The notes below the pieces were generated by a model, which worked only from the letters and a program-made list of their open reading frames with translations, ran no database searches and was not told the DNA's origin. A DNA stretch of 51,260 bases, taken from positions 1 to 51,260 of the forward strand of contig JBEPYC010000005.1 in assembly GCA_041641555.1 (NCBI GenBank), written 5' to 3'. This stretch comes from Chitinivibrionales bacterium (GTDB lineage Bacteria > Fibrobacterota > Chitinivibrionia > Chitinivibrionales > WJKA01). A program made the position numbers and the translations under genes. Position 1 is the stretch's first letter. Each line of letters begins with the position of its first letter. This document shows, piece after piece, positions 1 through 8,904 of the stretch.

Positions 1-1
1 G

Positions 2-2122
2 ATCACCTGGATTGGACAGTTCGATGGTGAAGTAACCCCTGGAATACAGGATCCGGATGATGGAACCATTAGTCCTGCCCCCGAAGGTACTCCCACAGTT
101 TCCAACTCAAACCATGTGATCATGGGATCTTATGCCATCAACCCTTTCAGCCGCCTGAGTTTCGGTGGAAATCTCACCTATGCGTATCAGAGTAATTTCG
201 GGGAACCGGTATACGGAATCGGGCTGGACGCAGGGGCAACCTTTCGAGTCATAACCCATCCGATCCTCGGATACCACCTTGTGGGCGTTTCAACAATCAA
301 CCTTATCGCCCCCGCAATGGGTGATGCTCCTCTGCCGACACTTATGGGCAAAGGTGCATACGCAAAGAGCCTGAGGTTCTCCTGGCATGCTACGTATCTG
401 GAAGAACTGCTCTCATCAGCAGTTGATTTCGAGTTAAAAGACTTCCTTGCGGCAAAAGAGGAGTTTTTGGCCTATGACTCACTGGGGGGAAACTGGAAAG
501 AAATTGCTTCATCCCTTGAATACAGTATCGACACTCGTGTGGGAGGATGGCTCTTCCGGAGACTTCAATCCTATCTCCTTCTTGGCTTCGATCAGGATGC
601 ACTGGATTACTGGGGCGTATCGGCCGGAGCACGCGTTCCATCGCTCAACCAGGGACGAGAGCTTTCGGTGGAATTCCAGTACACAATGAAAACCGATGGT
701 GACAATTCTTCGGCATTCAGCTGGTACCTCTTCGGTGAATTCGGCCATCACCGCGAAGAGCTTCTGGCTCGCCGACTTGCGCGATTGAGTGATGTCGCAC
801 CCAGTGACCTTTATAACAAAGCGATGAAGCTCTACAAAGACGAGCGCTACTGGGATGCCTATTTTGTTTTCAGCCAGATACTCTCTCAGTTTCCGGATTT
901 TTTCAAAAACGATTGGGTCGTTCATTACCGCGGACGGTGTCAGGAAGAAATGGACATGCGTGAAGCGGCAATGGAGAACTACCAAACGGTTCTTTCGGAC
1001 TATCCGAAAAGCCCGGCGGTTCCTTTTGCCGACCTGGGGCTTGTCAGAATATCTTATCGACAAGCAGACCCCGAAATGGTTGAAAACCATTTCGACCGGC
1101 TTTCGAGGCCCGGGGTCCCTGATTCTTTACGGTATCATGGGATGTACTACTGGAGCGAATCTTTGATGAGTCAAGGCAATTACCGAAAAGCCATTCAATT
1201 CTTTTCTTCGATTCCCGAAACCCACCCTGAGTTTCCATTTGCCCAGCATTCCCTTGCTGTCGCGCATGTGTTGGCAGGAGATCCGATGCCGGCGATTACC
1301 GAGGCACTTGGGCGGGCAGTTGAGTATGACGCACAAACACCTGAGCAAATAGAGGTGATCAATCGCTCTTTTCTTCTTTTCGGTTACCTTTTCTATGAGG
1401 AGTCAATGCTGGGTAAGGCCGTCTCTGCGCTGCGAAAAGTACCGAATGGCAGTATGTACTATGCCGATGCCCAGCTCGGACTTGGATGGAGTGCAATCAG
1501 GGCAAAGCAGTGGAGCGATGCGGTCACCGCCGGAAAGCAGCTTGTGGATCGCACCCCCAACAACCTCCTGAAGGCGGAGGGGGGACTGGTTCAGGCCTAT
1601 GGCCTCATGATGAATCGACAGTACATGCAGGCACTCAATGTGCTCGACCAGGCGATGAAGCGGATTGCTGCGTACAATAAACCAACCGAAGAGTCACTCA
1701 CCAAGAAGAAGTGGAATTATCAGAACACCCGGAGAAATTACGGGTTCCTTGCTGATCGAATGGAGAAGCTCAGCATGAAATCTTCTTCCGAATACGCGCT
1801 GTCTCAGATTGACAGTCTCCATAGAGAACAGCAGACGTACCGGGATTCGATTTCTTCGTACCTTGAGTTCAAAGATCGATATGCTCGAGAAAGTTTCTTC
1901 TCTCGTGGGTACCAGGAAACCAAAGATGATCTGAGTTATGCCTGGGCGACCGTTCAGAAATATGCGATTGAATCGGGCGATGACACCAAGCGTCAGGAGA
2001 TTCTGGATCAGCAGAAGCAGCTCGAAGAAGAAATCGAACAGATCCAGCGTGAGATGGAGGAAATGAGGAACAAAGAACAGGAGACATCGCCTCCGAAAGC
2101 TACTCCCCCACCCAGTAAGTAG
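2..2122 (+). CDS. TPR-repeat protein, 5' partial; beta-strand-rich N-terminal part, central TPR (YbgF/BamD-like) repeats, C-terminal charged coiled coil and Pro-rich tail
   Basis: ORF 116..2122 stays open in the same frame back to nt 2, so the true start is probably upstream of the window. TPR-like segments are YNKAMKLYKDERYWDAYFVFSQILSQFP and ENYQTVLSDYPKSP. The C-terminus QQKQLEEEIEQIQREMEEMRNKE is coiled-coil-like. Confidence 0.6.
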   Translation: MTWIGQFDGEVTPGIQDPDDGTISPAPEGTPTVSNSNHVIMGSYAINPFSRLSFGGNLTYAYQSNFGEPVYGIGLDAGATFRVITHPILGYHLVGVSTINLIAPAMGDAPLPTLMGKGAYAKSLRFSWHATYLEELLSSAVDFELKDFLAAKEEFLAYDSLGGNWKEIASSLEYSIDTRVGGWLFRRLQSYLLLGFDQDALDYWGVSAGARVPSLNQGRELSVEFQYTMKTDGDNSSAFSWYLFGEFGHHREELLARRLARLSDVAPSDLYNKAMKLYKDERYWDAYFVFSQILSQFPDFFKNDWVVHYRGRCQEEMDMREAAMENYQTVLSDYPKSPAVPFADLGLVRISYRQADPEMVENHFDRLSRPGVPDSLRYHGMYYWSESLMSQGNYRKAIQFFSSIPETHPEFPFAQHSLAVAHVLAGDPMPAITEALGRAVEYDAQTPEQIEVINRSFLLFGYLFYEESMLGKAVSALRKVPNGSMYYADAQLGLGWSAIRAKQWSDAVTAGKQLVDRTPNNLLKAEGGLVQAYGLMMNRQYMQALNVLDQAMKRIAAYNKPTEESLTKKKWNYQNTRRNYGFLADRMEKLSMKSSSEYALSQIDSLHREQQTYRDSISSYLEFKDRYARESFFSRGYQETKDDLSYAWATVQKYAIESGDDTKRQEILDQQKQLEEEIEQIQREMEEMRNKEQETSPPKATPPPSK

Positions 2123-2304
2123 CCCTGATGGGTCGTCGAGTGAGCACGAAGCCCCAACCCCGAGTGATTGCTGCGCTCGGGGTAATAATGAACACGTCAG
2201 AACCAGAGCACAATCCATCTCCGGCTCTCAAGTTAGTGCCTGTGCTCCGGTCACCGATGTATCTTTCTTTCGTTTAAAGTATTCTTGGATCGAGGAAAGT
2301 CTCT

Positions 2305-2836
2305 GTGATCGTGTATCTGGTTCGCCATGGAATAGCAATCGATCGGGATTCCCCCGAGGTTTCCTCGGATGAGGCCAGGTGGCTTACCGAGGAAGGGAAA
2401 AAAAAAGACGTCCCGAGCCGCTCTGGGCTTGACCGTGCTCCGCTGCAATCCCGACCAAATAGTCTCGAGTACTCTGGTCCGCGCAGCACAGACCGCCGAA
2501 ATAATGCGCGATACCCTGTCGGTTGAATCCCTTCCTGAGACTTCTCCCTATCTTCGCCCTGATGTCCCCGTCAAGGAAACCGTGCGCTGGTTGGCGGAAC
2601 AAAAAGTGGAATCCATCATGCTGGTCGGCCACATGCCCGATCTTTCCACACTTGCATCGGTCTTGATCTCCGGCAATGCAGAACCACGAATCACGATGAA
2701 AAAGGCCGCCGTGTGCGCCATTTCCTTTTCTCGAACCCTTCCTGCTGAAGGAAAAGGTCGCCTGGAGTGGCTCATGCAGCCCAGGCAGCTTCGCAGTCTT
2801 GCCGATTCCAAACATGGCAGAAGTACAGGAATGTAA
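2305..2836 (+). pseudogene. sixA: SixA-like phosphohistidine phosphatase (histidine phosphatase superfamily), reading frame broken at an A9 homopolymer
   Basis: GTG start preceded by GAGGAAAG. Frame 1 gives MIVYLVRHGIAIDRD...LTEEGKKK with the RHG catalytic motif. After the A9 run at 2398..2406 the family-like sequence continues in frame 2 (IVSSTLVRAAQTAEIM, MLVGHMPDL). Deleting one A fuses both parts into a protein of about 176 aa. Confidence 0.75.
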
Positions 2837-2894
2837 CTCTGAAATCCACAACTATTCGAAACGCTACAAGCCACACTGGAAAGGATAAGGCCGT

Positions 2895-4433
2895 ATGGCA
2901 TCCAAGCCAAATATCGTGCTGATCATGGTCGATGACATGGGGTATTCGGATATCGGTTGTTTCGGCGGGGCAATCCAAACCCCGAACATCGATGCTCTTG
3001 GAAAACAGGGAATCCGATTCACACAGTTTTATAATACGGCACGATGCTGTCCGGCACGTGCATCACTTCTCACCGGCCTCTACCCGCATCAGGCGGGAAT
3101 GGGATGGATGACCGCCGCCGACCTGGGCACGCCGGCATACCGGGGAGACCTGAGTCCGGATTCTGCCACGATCGGCGAATGCCTTCGTCCTGCCGGTTAT
3201 TCGACCTATATGGCTGGAAAGTGGCACGTAACCTTCAACAAATACATGTCACCTGACGGCCCCAAGCACTCCTGGCCTCGTCAGCGCGGTTTCGATCGTT
3301 TCTTTGGAACTCTCTGGGGCGGGGGTAATTATTTCCGTCCCAATAGCCTGGTTCTCGATAATGAAATGATAGATCCACCCGAGGACTTCTATTACACCGA
3401 TGCTGTCAGTGACTACACCTGCCGGTTCATCGATGAGCATAGCGAACAGCACCCTGATGCACCATTTTTCAGCTATGTCGCCTATACCGCTCCCCACTGG
3501 CCACTTCATGCACATCCCGCTGACATTGAACGGTATCGCGGCACGTTCCGTTCAGGATGGGACATTTTGCGCAAAGAAAAATTCGAACGTATGAAAAAAG
3601 CGGGAGTACTTGATTCGGACAGGGAACTGTCCGCCAGAGATGACAAAGTACCTGCCTGGGATTCATTATCTGACTCGCAGAAGGATGAATTCGACTTGAA
3701 AATGGCCATCTATGCTGCACAGACCACTGCAATGGACCGGGGCGTTGGCCAGATTGTCGAAACTCTCAAGCGCCGGGGACTGCTTGACAATACCCTTATC
3801 TTCTTTTTGTCAGATAACGGGGGTAGTCACGAAGAAATCGACAAACCAGGACAGGATCCGTCCACCTGGGGTGCGGCGGACTCTTTTGTCAGCTATGGCC
3901 GGCCGTGGGCAAACCTTTCGAATGTGCCGTTCAGGATGTTCAAGAGCTGGGTTCACGAAGGAGGTATCGCAACCCCCCTGATTGTGCACTGGCCTGAAGG
4001 ATTAGAGAGGAATGATGTGTGGGATCACCAATTGGGACATATTACGGACATTCTTCCAACCTGCATCGATGTGGCCGGGGCAGCCTATCCTCCTCCTGAC
4101 AAAAATGGTAACTTACCTGCCCTTGTCGGTAAGAGCCTGGTTCCAAGCTTCAGTGGCAGGAACAATGGTCGGGAGACCATCTTTTTCGAGCATGAATCAA
4201 ACAGAGCTCTTCGGAAAGGCAAATGGAAGATTGTCGCAATGGGGAAAGATACTCCCTGGGAACTCCACGACATGGATGCAGACCGCTCTGAGCTTCATGA
4301 TCTTTCGTCGGAGAACAAATCAATTCTCGAGGAAATGAGCAGAGAATGGTACGAAATCGCCGAGAAAACGGGTGTGCTGCCTATGGATGACCGGGAATGG
4401 GACGAGCGGGTTCACAATCCACTGAACAAGTAA
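2895..4433 (+). CDS. arylsulfatase (type I, formylglycine-dependent sulfatase family)
   Basis: MVDDMGYSDIG, CCPARASLLTG (C-x-P-x-R formylglycine motif), FLSDNGG and WVHEGGIATP. No obvious signal peptide. Confidence 0.9.
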   Translation: MASKPNIVLIMVDDMGYSDIGCFGGAIQTPNIDALGKQGIRFTQFYNTARCCPARASLLTGLYPHQAGMGWMTAADLGTPAYRGDLSPDSATIGECLRPAGYSTYMAGKWHVTFNKYMSPDGPKHSWPRQRGFDRFFGTLWGGGNYFRPNSLVLDNEMIDPPEDFYYTDAVSDYTCRFIDEHSEQHPDAPFFSYVAYTAPHWPLHAHPADIERYRGTFRSGWDILRKEKFERMKKAGVLDSDRELSARDDKVPAWDSLSDSQKDEFDLKMAIYAAQTTAMDRGVGQIVETLKRRGLLDNTLIFFLSDNGGSHEEIDKPGQDPSTWGAADSFVSYGRPWANLSNVPFRMFKSWVHEGGIATPLIVHWPEGLERNDVWDHQLGHITDILPTCIDVAGAAYPPPDKNGNLPALVGKSLVPSFSGRNNGRETIFFEHESNRALRKGKWKIVAMGKDTPWELHDMDADRSELHDLSSENKSILEEMSREWYEIAEKTGVLPMDDREWDERVHNPLNK

Positions 4434-4458
4434 AAGGCGAAAACAATAGCAAATCGAA

Positions 4459-4484
4459 GGGCAGACGAACATCTGCCCTTTTTT
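4459..4484 (+). terminator. rho-independent terminator after the sulfatase gene
   Basis: Stem GGGCAGA (4459..4465) pairs with TCTGCCC (4472..4478) around a 6-nt loop, followed by TTTTTT (4479..4484). Confidence 0.8.
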
Positions 4485-4605
4485 ATTGTGATTCAATCTG
4501 CCTGCACCGGCGATCGGAAAAACTAAGCTCTGAACCGGGTGTGTAGTGTGGACTAAGAGGAACACTCCTCCGCACCACCAAGCAGGTGCGCCCTGCCGGG
4601 CGCAC

Positions 4606-4639
4606 AAAAAGAGAGGGCGAACAGTACTGCTCGCCCTCT
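4606..4639 (-). terminator. rho-independent terminator after the minus-strand beta-propeller gene
   Basis: On the minus strand, stem AGAGGGCGA/TCGCCCTCT (plus coordinates 4612..4620 and 4631..4639) has a 10-nt loop and is followed by C-TTTTT (4606..4611). Confidence 0.75.
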
Positions 4640-4668
4640 TCTATTGCCCGTCTAATTGAGCGAGAAGC

Positions 4669-6078
4669 CTACTGCTTCATCCCTTTACGCTTCCGTCGAC
4701 GAATCACTCTTCCGAGTTTCAGACCAAAAGGAGGAAGCAACGCTACGCCGGCGCCTTTTCCACAAAGGCCGCCCTCGTCCTCGTCCTCGTCCTCTTTCGG
4801 ATTCGGTACCGGCTCAGGATCTTTACAGGTGTCTACGACGGTCTCGGCAGTGTATACGGGATTCTCAAGCCATCCTGCCGCTTCGACAAAGCCATTCGGG
4901 ATTTCGGCCCACAGGTGAGGCGTAGGAATATTGGTTGTATCAGTAGTTCGAACCAACTCGGTATCTTTTTTTTCATAGAGGTTTATCGCGTACACACGCT
5001 CCCGTGCCATGGAACCGCCTGCCCGGGTAAGTCCCAAATTAGCAACAAGGTAATACGGGTGGTTCGACCATTCGGATCCCTCCCACTGGTTATCCACGAT
5101 TTGACCCTCGCTGATATCATCCCCGGCAGCCTCTATTGTTTCATCAGAAACATCGTAGTAGTCAACTATTTCAGACTTACTGTTAAAAACCTGTATCCGG
5201 TCGTGAATACCCCACTCTCCTCCCATTTCCGGATGGTTGCCTGAAAAGTCCAGGCACAGAGCGACATCGGTGGTCACGCGGCTTGAGGTCACCGATCCAT
5301 TACAGACCTGAATTGACGCAGTGTCACATTCGGAGGGGCGCGTGATGAGAGGCGTTTTGAAAACAATATCTTCCGAAGAAGTGATGTCGGTCATGTACAG
5401 GTGCGGGCTGTTTTCCGCGGCGGCCAGCCATTTCTGGTCAGGAGAAAGGCCGGAGAGAAACCCCCCTCCGCTATAAATAACCTGAGGAGTACCCGGGACT
5501 CCAGCATTCACAGAAACCTTGTACGTTGCACCGCAGGAATTATAGACACGGCTTCCACCATCACCGGACCCGCATGAAGAAAAGACAATCGTTGGGGTAA
5601 TATCGGGATTCTGTACCCATCGAGGGATATGGCAGCTGTCGGGCACAATCATGTGAAGAGTCGGATTTTCCTCCAATTTACAGACATACCCTGTCCGTGA
5701 TTTCGAGCTTCTGTCACCGGTTGATCCCCCATCAACAAACGTCAGGTAGTTACCATCGGGTGAGAGCATTGGTTTCTGGGGGCTGCTTACACTCGGCATA
5801 CTTATCAGGCGCACCGTCGGAACATCTTCATCGGCAGTGGTTTCTGACCAGTCGACATAGGCCAACTGTCTGGCGCGACGCACAACAAACACCGTTTTCA
5901 CGTTTGCGGTACCGAAAAAATCGACTACCTGTTTCCGGGACACGGGCTGGATGTTCGAGACATCGTAGGCCGCATGAACATTCATGGGTACCGCAAGAAA
6001 GAAGGTGAATGCGCCGGCAAGGCAGAAGCGTAAAGCACGCGCCATCGAGTTATTCACGGGATCCTCCAAAAATAGCAT
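4669..6078 (-). CDS. secreted TolB/PD40-like beta-propeller protein with acidic linker and C-terminal sorting-signal-like tail
   Basis: Signal peptide MARALRFCLAGAFTFFLAVPMNVHA; likely starts are 6057 (GTG after GGAGGA) or 6045 (ATG). PD40-like LSPDGNYLTFVDGG and LSPDQKWLAAAE. The tail is KEDEDEDEGGLCGKGAGVALLPPFGLKLGRVIRRRKRKGMKQ. Confidence 0.7.
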   Translation of the reverse strand: MLFLEDPVNNSMARALRFCLAGAFTFFLAVPMNVHAAYDVSNIQPVSRKQVVDFFGTANVKTVFVVRRARQLAYVDWSETTADEDVPTVRLISMPSVSSPQKPMLSPDGNYLTFVDGGSTGDRSSKSRTGYVCKLEENPTLHMIVPDSCHIPRWVQNPDITPTIVFSSCGSGDGGSRVYNSCGATYKVSVNAGVPGTPQVIYSGGGFLSGLSPDQKWLAAAENSPHLYMTDITSSEDIVFKTPLITRPSECDTASIQVCNGSVTSSRVTTDVALCLDFSGNHPEMGGEWGIHDRIQVFNSKSEIVDYYDVSDETIEAAGDDISEGQIVDNQWEGSEWSNHPYYLVANLGLTRAGGSMARERVYAINLYEKKDTELVRTTDTTNIPTPHLWAEIPNGFVEAAGWLENPVYTAETVVDTCKDPEPVPNPKEDEDEDEGGLCGKGAGVALLPPFGLKLGRVIRRRKRKGMKQ

Positions 6079-6182
6079 TTATAGGTGAAACTGACAGGTG
6101 GGTTTACGGGAAACTCCCTCTGTTCCTTAATATACCTAAAATAATTAGTCGGCAGAATTTTTCAAGAGAATCGCAGATTTGT

Positions 6183-6212
6183 TTGACCTGAAGGAGATAA
6201 TGCGTGTATAAT
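6183..6212 (+). promoter_or_regulatory. sigma-70-type promoter candidate for the rhomboid gene
   Basis: TTGACC (6183..6188), an 18-nt spacer, then TATAAT (6207..6212). It overlaps the GTG at 6204 that the ORF track uses as start, which argues for the ATG at 6240 as the real start. Confidence 0.55.
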
Positions 6213-6239
6213 CACATAAAACAACGAGATTTCGACATA

Positions 6240-7616
6240 ATGATTCTTTTCCCCATAAGTACCGACGTCCACGATGGCACTATAAGGCTTGCCGCATTGC
6301 AGGTTATTGGTATCTGTTTTCTGGTACATATCTTTGTAGCTGGAGATACGCACAAGGTCGAGAAGCACATAAACGAAGAGGTCTCCCGGTATTATTCATT
6401 AAAAAGGATGTATCGCTCGGCAAATGATACTACGTTACAGGATCCCGCTCAGCTGCTGGAATTTGCCTCCGACCGGGAGTCGGTTATCAGGCGAGCAACC
6501 GCCGATGTCGATTCAATCATAAAGCACGTCAGTGCCACCTCCATTCTTCACCGCTACGGATTCAAACCAGGCCGATTCAGTATCGTCACACTTTTCACTT
6601 CCATGTTTCTGCACGCGAGCTGGATGCATTTGCTTGGAAACATGGTTTTTTTCTATGTGTGCGGAATCGCGATGGAGAAATACTGGGGATACTGGCGATT
6701 CCTCTTCATCTACTTAGGCTGCGGCATAGCAGCAACATTGACCCATCTTTTCACTTCATCCATTGGTGGTTCGCTCAATGGGGGTACTCCGTTGGTAGGA
6801 GCATCGGGAGCGATTGCCGGAGCCATGGGAGCTTTCGTTGTTACGCATTCGAGAGTGCAAGTAAAGGTCTTCTATATGGTAATGCTCTGGCTTCGGGGCA
6901 CCTTTCATATGCGCGCAGTGACTTATTTCGGAATATGGTTTCTGTCACAGGTAACGTATACGATTCTGACTTTGAACGCCGAGTCCGGGGTTGCGTATGG
7001 CGCGCATGTCGGTGGGTTTGTCGCCGGTGCCTTTTTTGGAGTAGTGATAAAAAGCGAAGACTCAGTTGTCCCAAAAGATCCGAAAACGCCACCGACGCGA
7101 AAGGCAGTGCTCCCCGATGAGGCTTTTGGAGCGCCGGAAACACCACAAGAGCGATTCGAAAGCCCGGAAGAAAAAACGGCATCGCAAATCGAAAAGGCCT
7201 GGAGTGATTACCGAGCGGGAAAGTTGGAGAATGCCGCGTTGGTTCTCATCCGGCAGCAGGACATGTATCTACAGGACCCCAATACCTATCACCGCGAAGC
7301 CGCAGGCCTGATGAGAGAGATGCTGACTGCTCGGGATTTACCTGTACCTGCACCCCACTTGTACCAATGGGCAAAAACCTTTGCCTCGCTTCGATTAACC
7401 TGGGTGGCAGTTCCCTGTTTTGACTGGGCAGCCGAAGCAGCTCCAACCAATTCACACGTTCAGAAAAACAGCCTGCTCAGCGGTGCTGTATTACGGATTG
7501 CAGAAAACGCCGATATCGAGCAGGCGCGTGCAAATCTCCTCACCGTGATCAAGATAGATTCCGGGGGGATTTTTGCTCAGAAAGCACAAGAAATCGTAAC
7601 CCGCATTGAGACGTAA
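6240..7616 (+). CDS. rhomboid-family intramembrane serine protease with C-terminal soluble helical (TPR-like) extension, GluP/YqgP-like architecture
   Basis: TSMFLHASWMHLLGNMVFFYVCG (H-x4-H-x3-N region), GASGAIAGAMGAFV (catalytic Ser in G-x-S-G) and AHVGGFVAGAFFG (catalytic His), followed by a soluble tail of about 190 aa. Confidence 0.85.
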   Translation: MILFPISTDVHDGTIRLAALQVIGICFLVHIFVAGDTHKVEKHINEEVSRYYSLKRMYRSANDTTLQDPAQLLEFASDRESVIRRATADVDSIIKHVSATSILHRYGFKPGRFSIVTLFTSMFLHASWMHLLGNMVFFYVCGIAMEKYWGYWRFLFIYLGCGIAATLTHLFTSSIGGSLNGGTPLVGASGAIAGAMGAFVVTHSRVQVKVFYMVMLWLRGTFHMRAVTYFGIWFLSQVTYTILTLNAESGVAYGAHVGGFVAGAFFGVVIKSEDSVVPKDPKTPPTRKAVLPDEAFGAPETPQERFESPEEKTASQIEKAWSDYRAGKLENAALVLIRQQDMYLQDPNTYHREAAGLMREMLTARDLPVPAPHLYQWAKTFASLRLTWVAVPCFDWAAEAAPTNSHVQKNSLLSGAVLRIAENADIEQARANLLTVIKIDSGGIFAQKAQEIVTRIET

Positions 7617-7660
7617 GTGCCTTCTGAAGGAGTTGTTGAAAACCATCGGGAGTGGTGCTA

Positions 7661-7705
7661 ATATATTGCTATAAGGGTTCGGGTTTTATATATTGGTATA
7701 AGGGT
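7661..7705 (+). repeat. two 18-bp direct repeats, period 27 bp, upstream of the beta-helix gene
   Basis: ATATATTGCTATAAGGGT (7661..7678) and ATATATTGGTATAAGGGT (7688..7705) match at 17 of 18 positions. Confidence 0.8.
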
Positions 7706-7765
7706 GTTTGAGCGTGTCTCAGTGCCCTCTCCCAACACCAGATATTAGCAAGAGGAGATGTTCCT

Positions 7766-8596
7766 ATGCGGAAAAGTCATTTAAGCGGATTAATAACCGT
7801 TTTGCTTGCCGCCCTTCCAGTTGTAGCAGGTGCTGGGCGTGCCATTTATGTTCCGTCGCGGGAAGCTCACAATATTGCCCGAGGCGTCTTAAATGCGAAA
7901 CCGGGTGATACGGTTATTGTAAAAGATGGTGTTTATCGTGAGCGCATCGCTGTAGAACCAGGCGTAATCCTGAAGTCCCAGAACCAGTACGGCGCAGTCA
8001 TCGATGGTAAAGGAAGAGGGACCGTCGTGACATTGTCGAAGGGGTCGGTACTCGATGGTTTCGAGGTTCGCAACGGAACTATCGGAGTCTTCTCCAAAGA
8101 CCCAAACGCGCGCATTAAAAACTGCAGAATAATCCGGAACTGGCAGACTGGAATCATCGTTGTGCGTCACCTTCCGTGGATCGAAGACAATGTCATTGCA
8201 TTCAACCGTGGATCAGGCATTCAGGGCTGGGACGTACGGACAACCGGTCCTTCGATCAATCATAACAGTATCGCCTTCAATGGCAACCATGGCATTTCGG
8301 TCGGCGGCGGAAGCAAGGTTATCGTCGAAAAGAACATCATCGCCTACAATGAACGCTTTGGTGTCAAACTGCAGGCAGAGGTAGAGCAGGCAACCGTCAA
8401 GGCGAATGCATTCTACGAGAACCTGTGGTCTTCGACTCCCCTCCCCGATGGGAATTACCAGTACGATCCCATGTTTGCAGATCCACGAGCATCGTTGGAC
8501 TTCACGGTCACGGCGAAAAAAACCTGTTCGGATTGTCCGCTCGATGATCCTCCTGGTGCACGGTTTCCGACACTCACCTCCAGTAGCAGATACTGA
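7766..8596 (+). CDS. secreted right-handed parallel beta-helix repeat protein (pectin-lyase-fold/NosD-like)
   Basis: AGGAG lies 9 nt before the ATG. Signal peptide MRKSHLSGLITVLLAALPVVAGA. Repeated N-x-I/V turns: NCRIIRNWQTGIIV, DNVIAFNRGSGIQG, HNSIAFNGNHGISV, KNIIAYNERFGVKL. Confidence 0.8.
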   Translation: MRKSHLSGLITVLLAALPVVAGAGRAIYVPSREAHNIARGVLNAKPGDTVIVKDGVYRERIAVEPGVILKSQNQYGAVIDGKGRGTVVTLSKGSVLDGFEVRNGTIGVFSKDPNARIKNCRIIRNWQTGIIVVRHLPWIEDNVIAFNRGSGIQGWDVRTTGPSINHNSIAFNGNHGISVGGGSKVIVEKNIIAYNERFGVKLQAEVEQATVKANAFYENLWSSTPLPDGNYQYDPMFADPRASLDFTVTAKKTCSDCPLDDPPGARFPTLTSSSRY

Positions 8597-8668
8597 TACT
8601 GCGGGCAAAGGGAAAATCAGGCTCCCGGTCATTCGCCTGATCCCAGACAGAAGATTTCATCACCACAA

Positions 8669-8694
8669 GGGGAATTCAACAATTCCCCTTTCTT
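8669..8694 (+). terminator. rho-independent terminator after the beta-helix gene
   Basis: Stem GGGGAATT (8669..8676) pairs with AATTCCCC (8681..8688) around loop CAAC, followed by TTTCTT. Confidence 0.75.
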
Positions 8695-8904
8695 CGTATA
8701 GCGGTCCTTGCCCCCATGACAGCTTCTCTCAAGACTACTCAAGAATCCCAGAAATTGACCCAGAACGTGCATTCGTTGTGGACCAGAATATCACGGGTCT
8801 TTCTGGAAATACACGGCTGTCTGCGTCCTTCCATTTTGTATGTTCTGTAATCGTTTTTCTTTCATGTCTTTTGGGTTACCGGCATCCAAACAGGGAAAGA
8901 TTCA

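Noticed and set aside
2158-2182. Hairpin CCCCGAG-N11-CTCGGGG after the TPR gene.
   Set aside because: It is followed by TAATAATG rather than a U tract, so it is not convincing as an intrinsic terminator.
4586-4605. A perfect 8-bp GC hairpin GTGCGCCC-TGCC-GGGCGCAC between the convergent sulfatase and beta-propeller genes.
   Set aside because: No U tract follows it on either strand. It sits beyond the two better terminators and may only add stability, so it is not called as a separate terminator.
4798-4821. A PEP motif (DPEPVPNP) suggesting a PEP-CTERM/exosortase signal in the beta-propeller protein.
   Set aside because: In PEP-CTERM signals the PEP motif directly precedes the TM helix. Here about 12 acidic and Gly residues intervene, and no exosortase gene is nearby.
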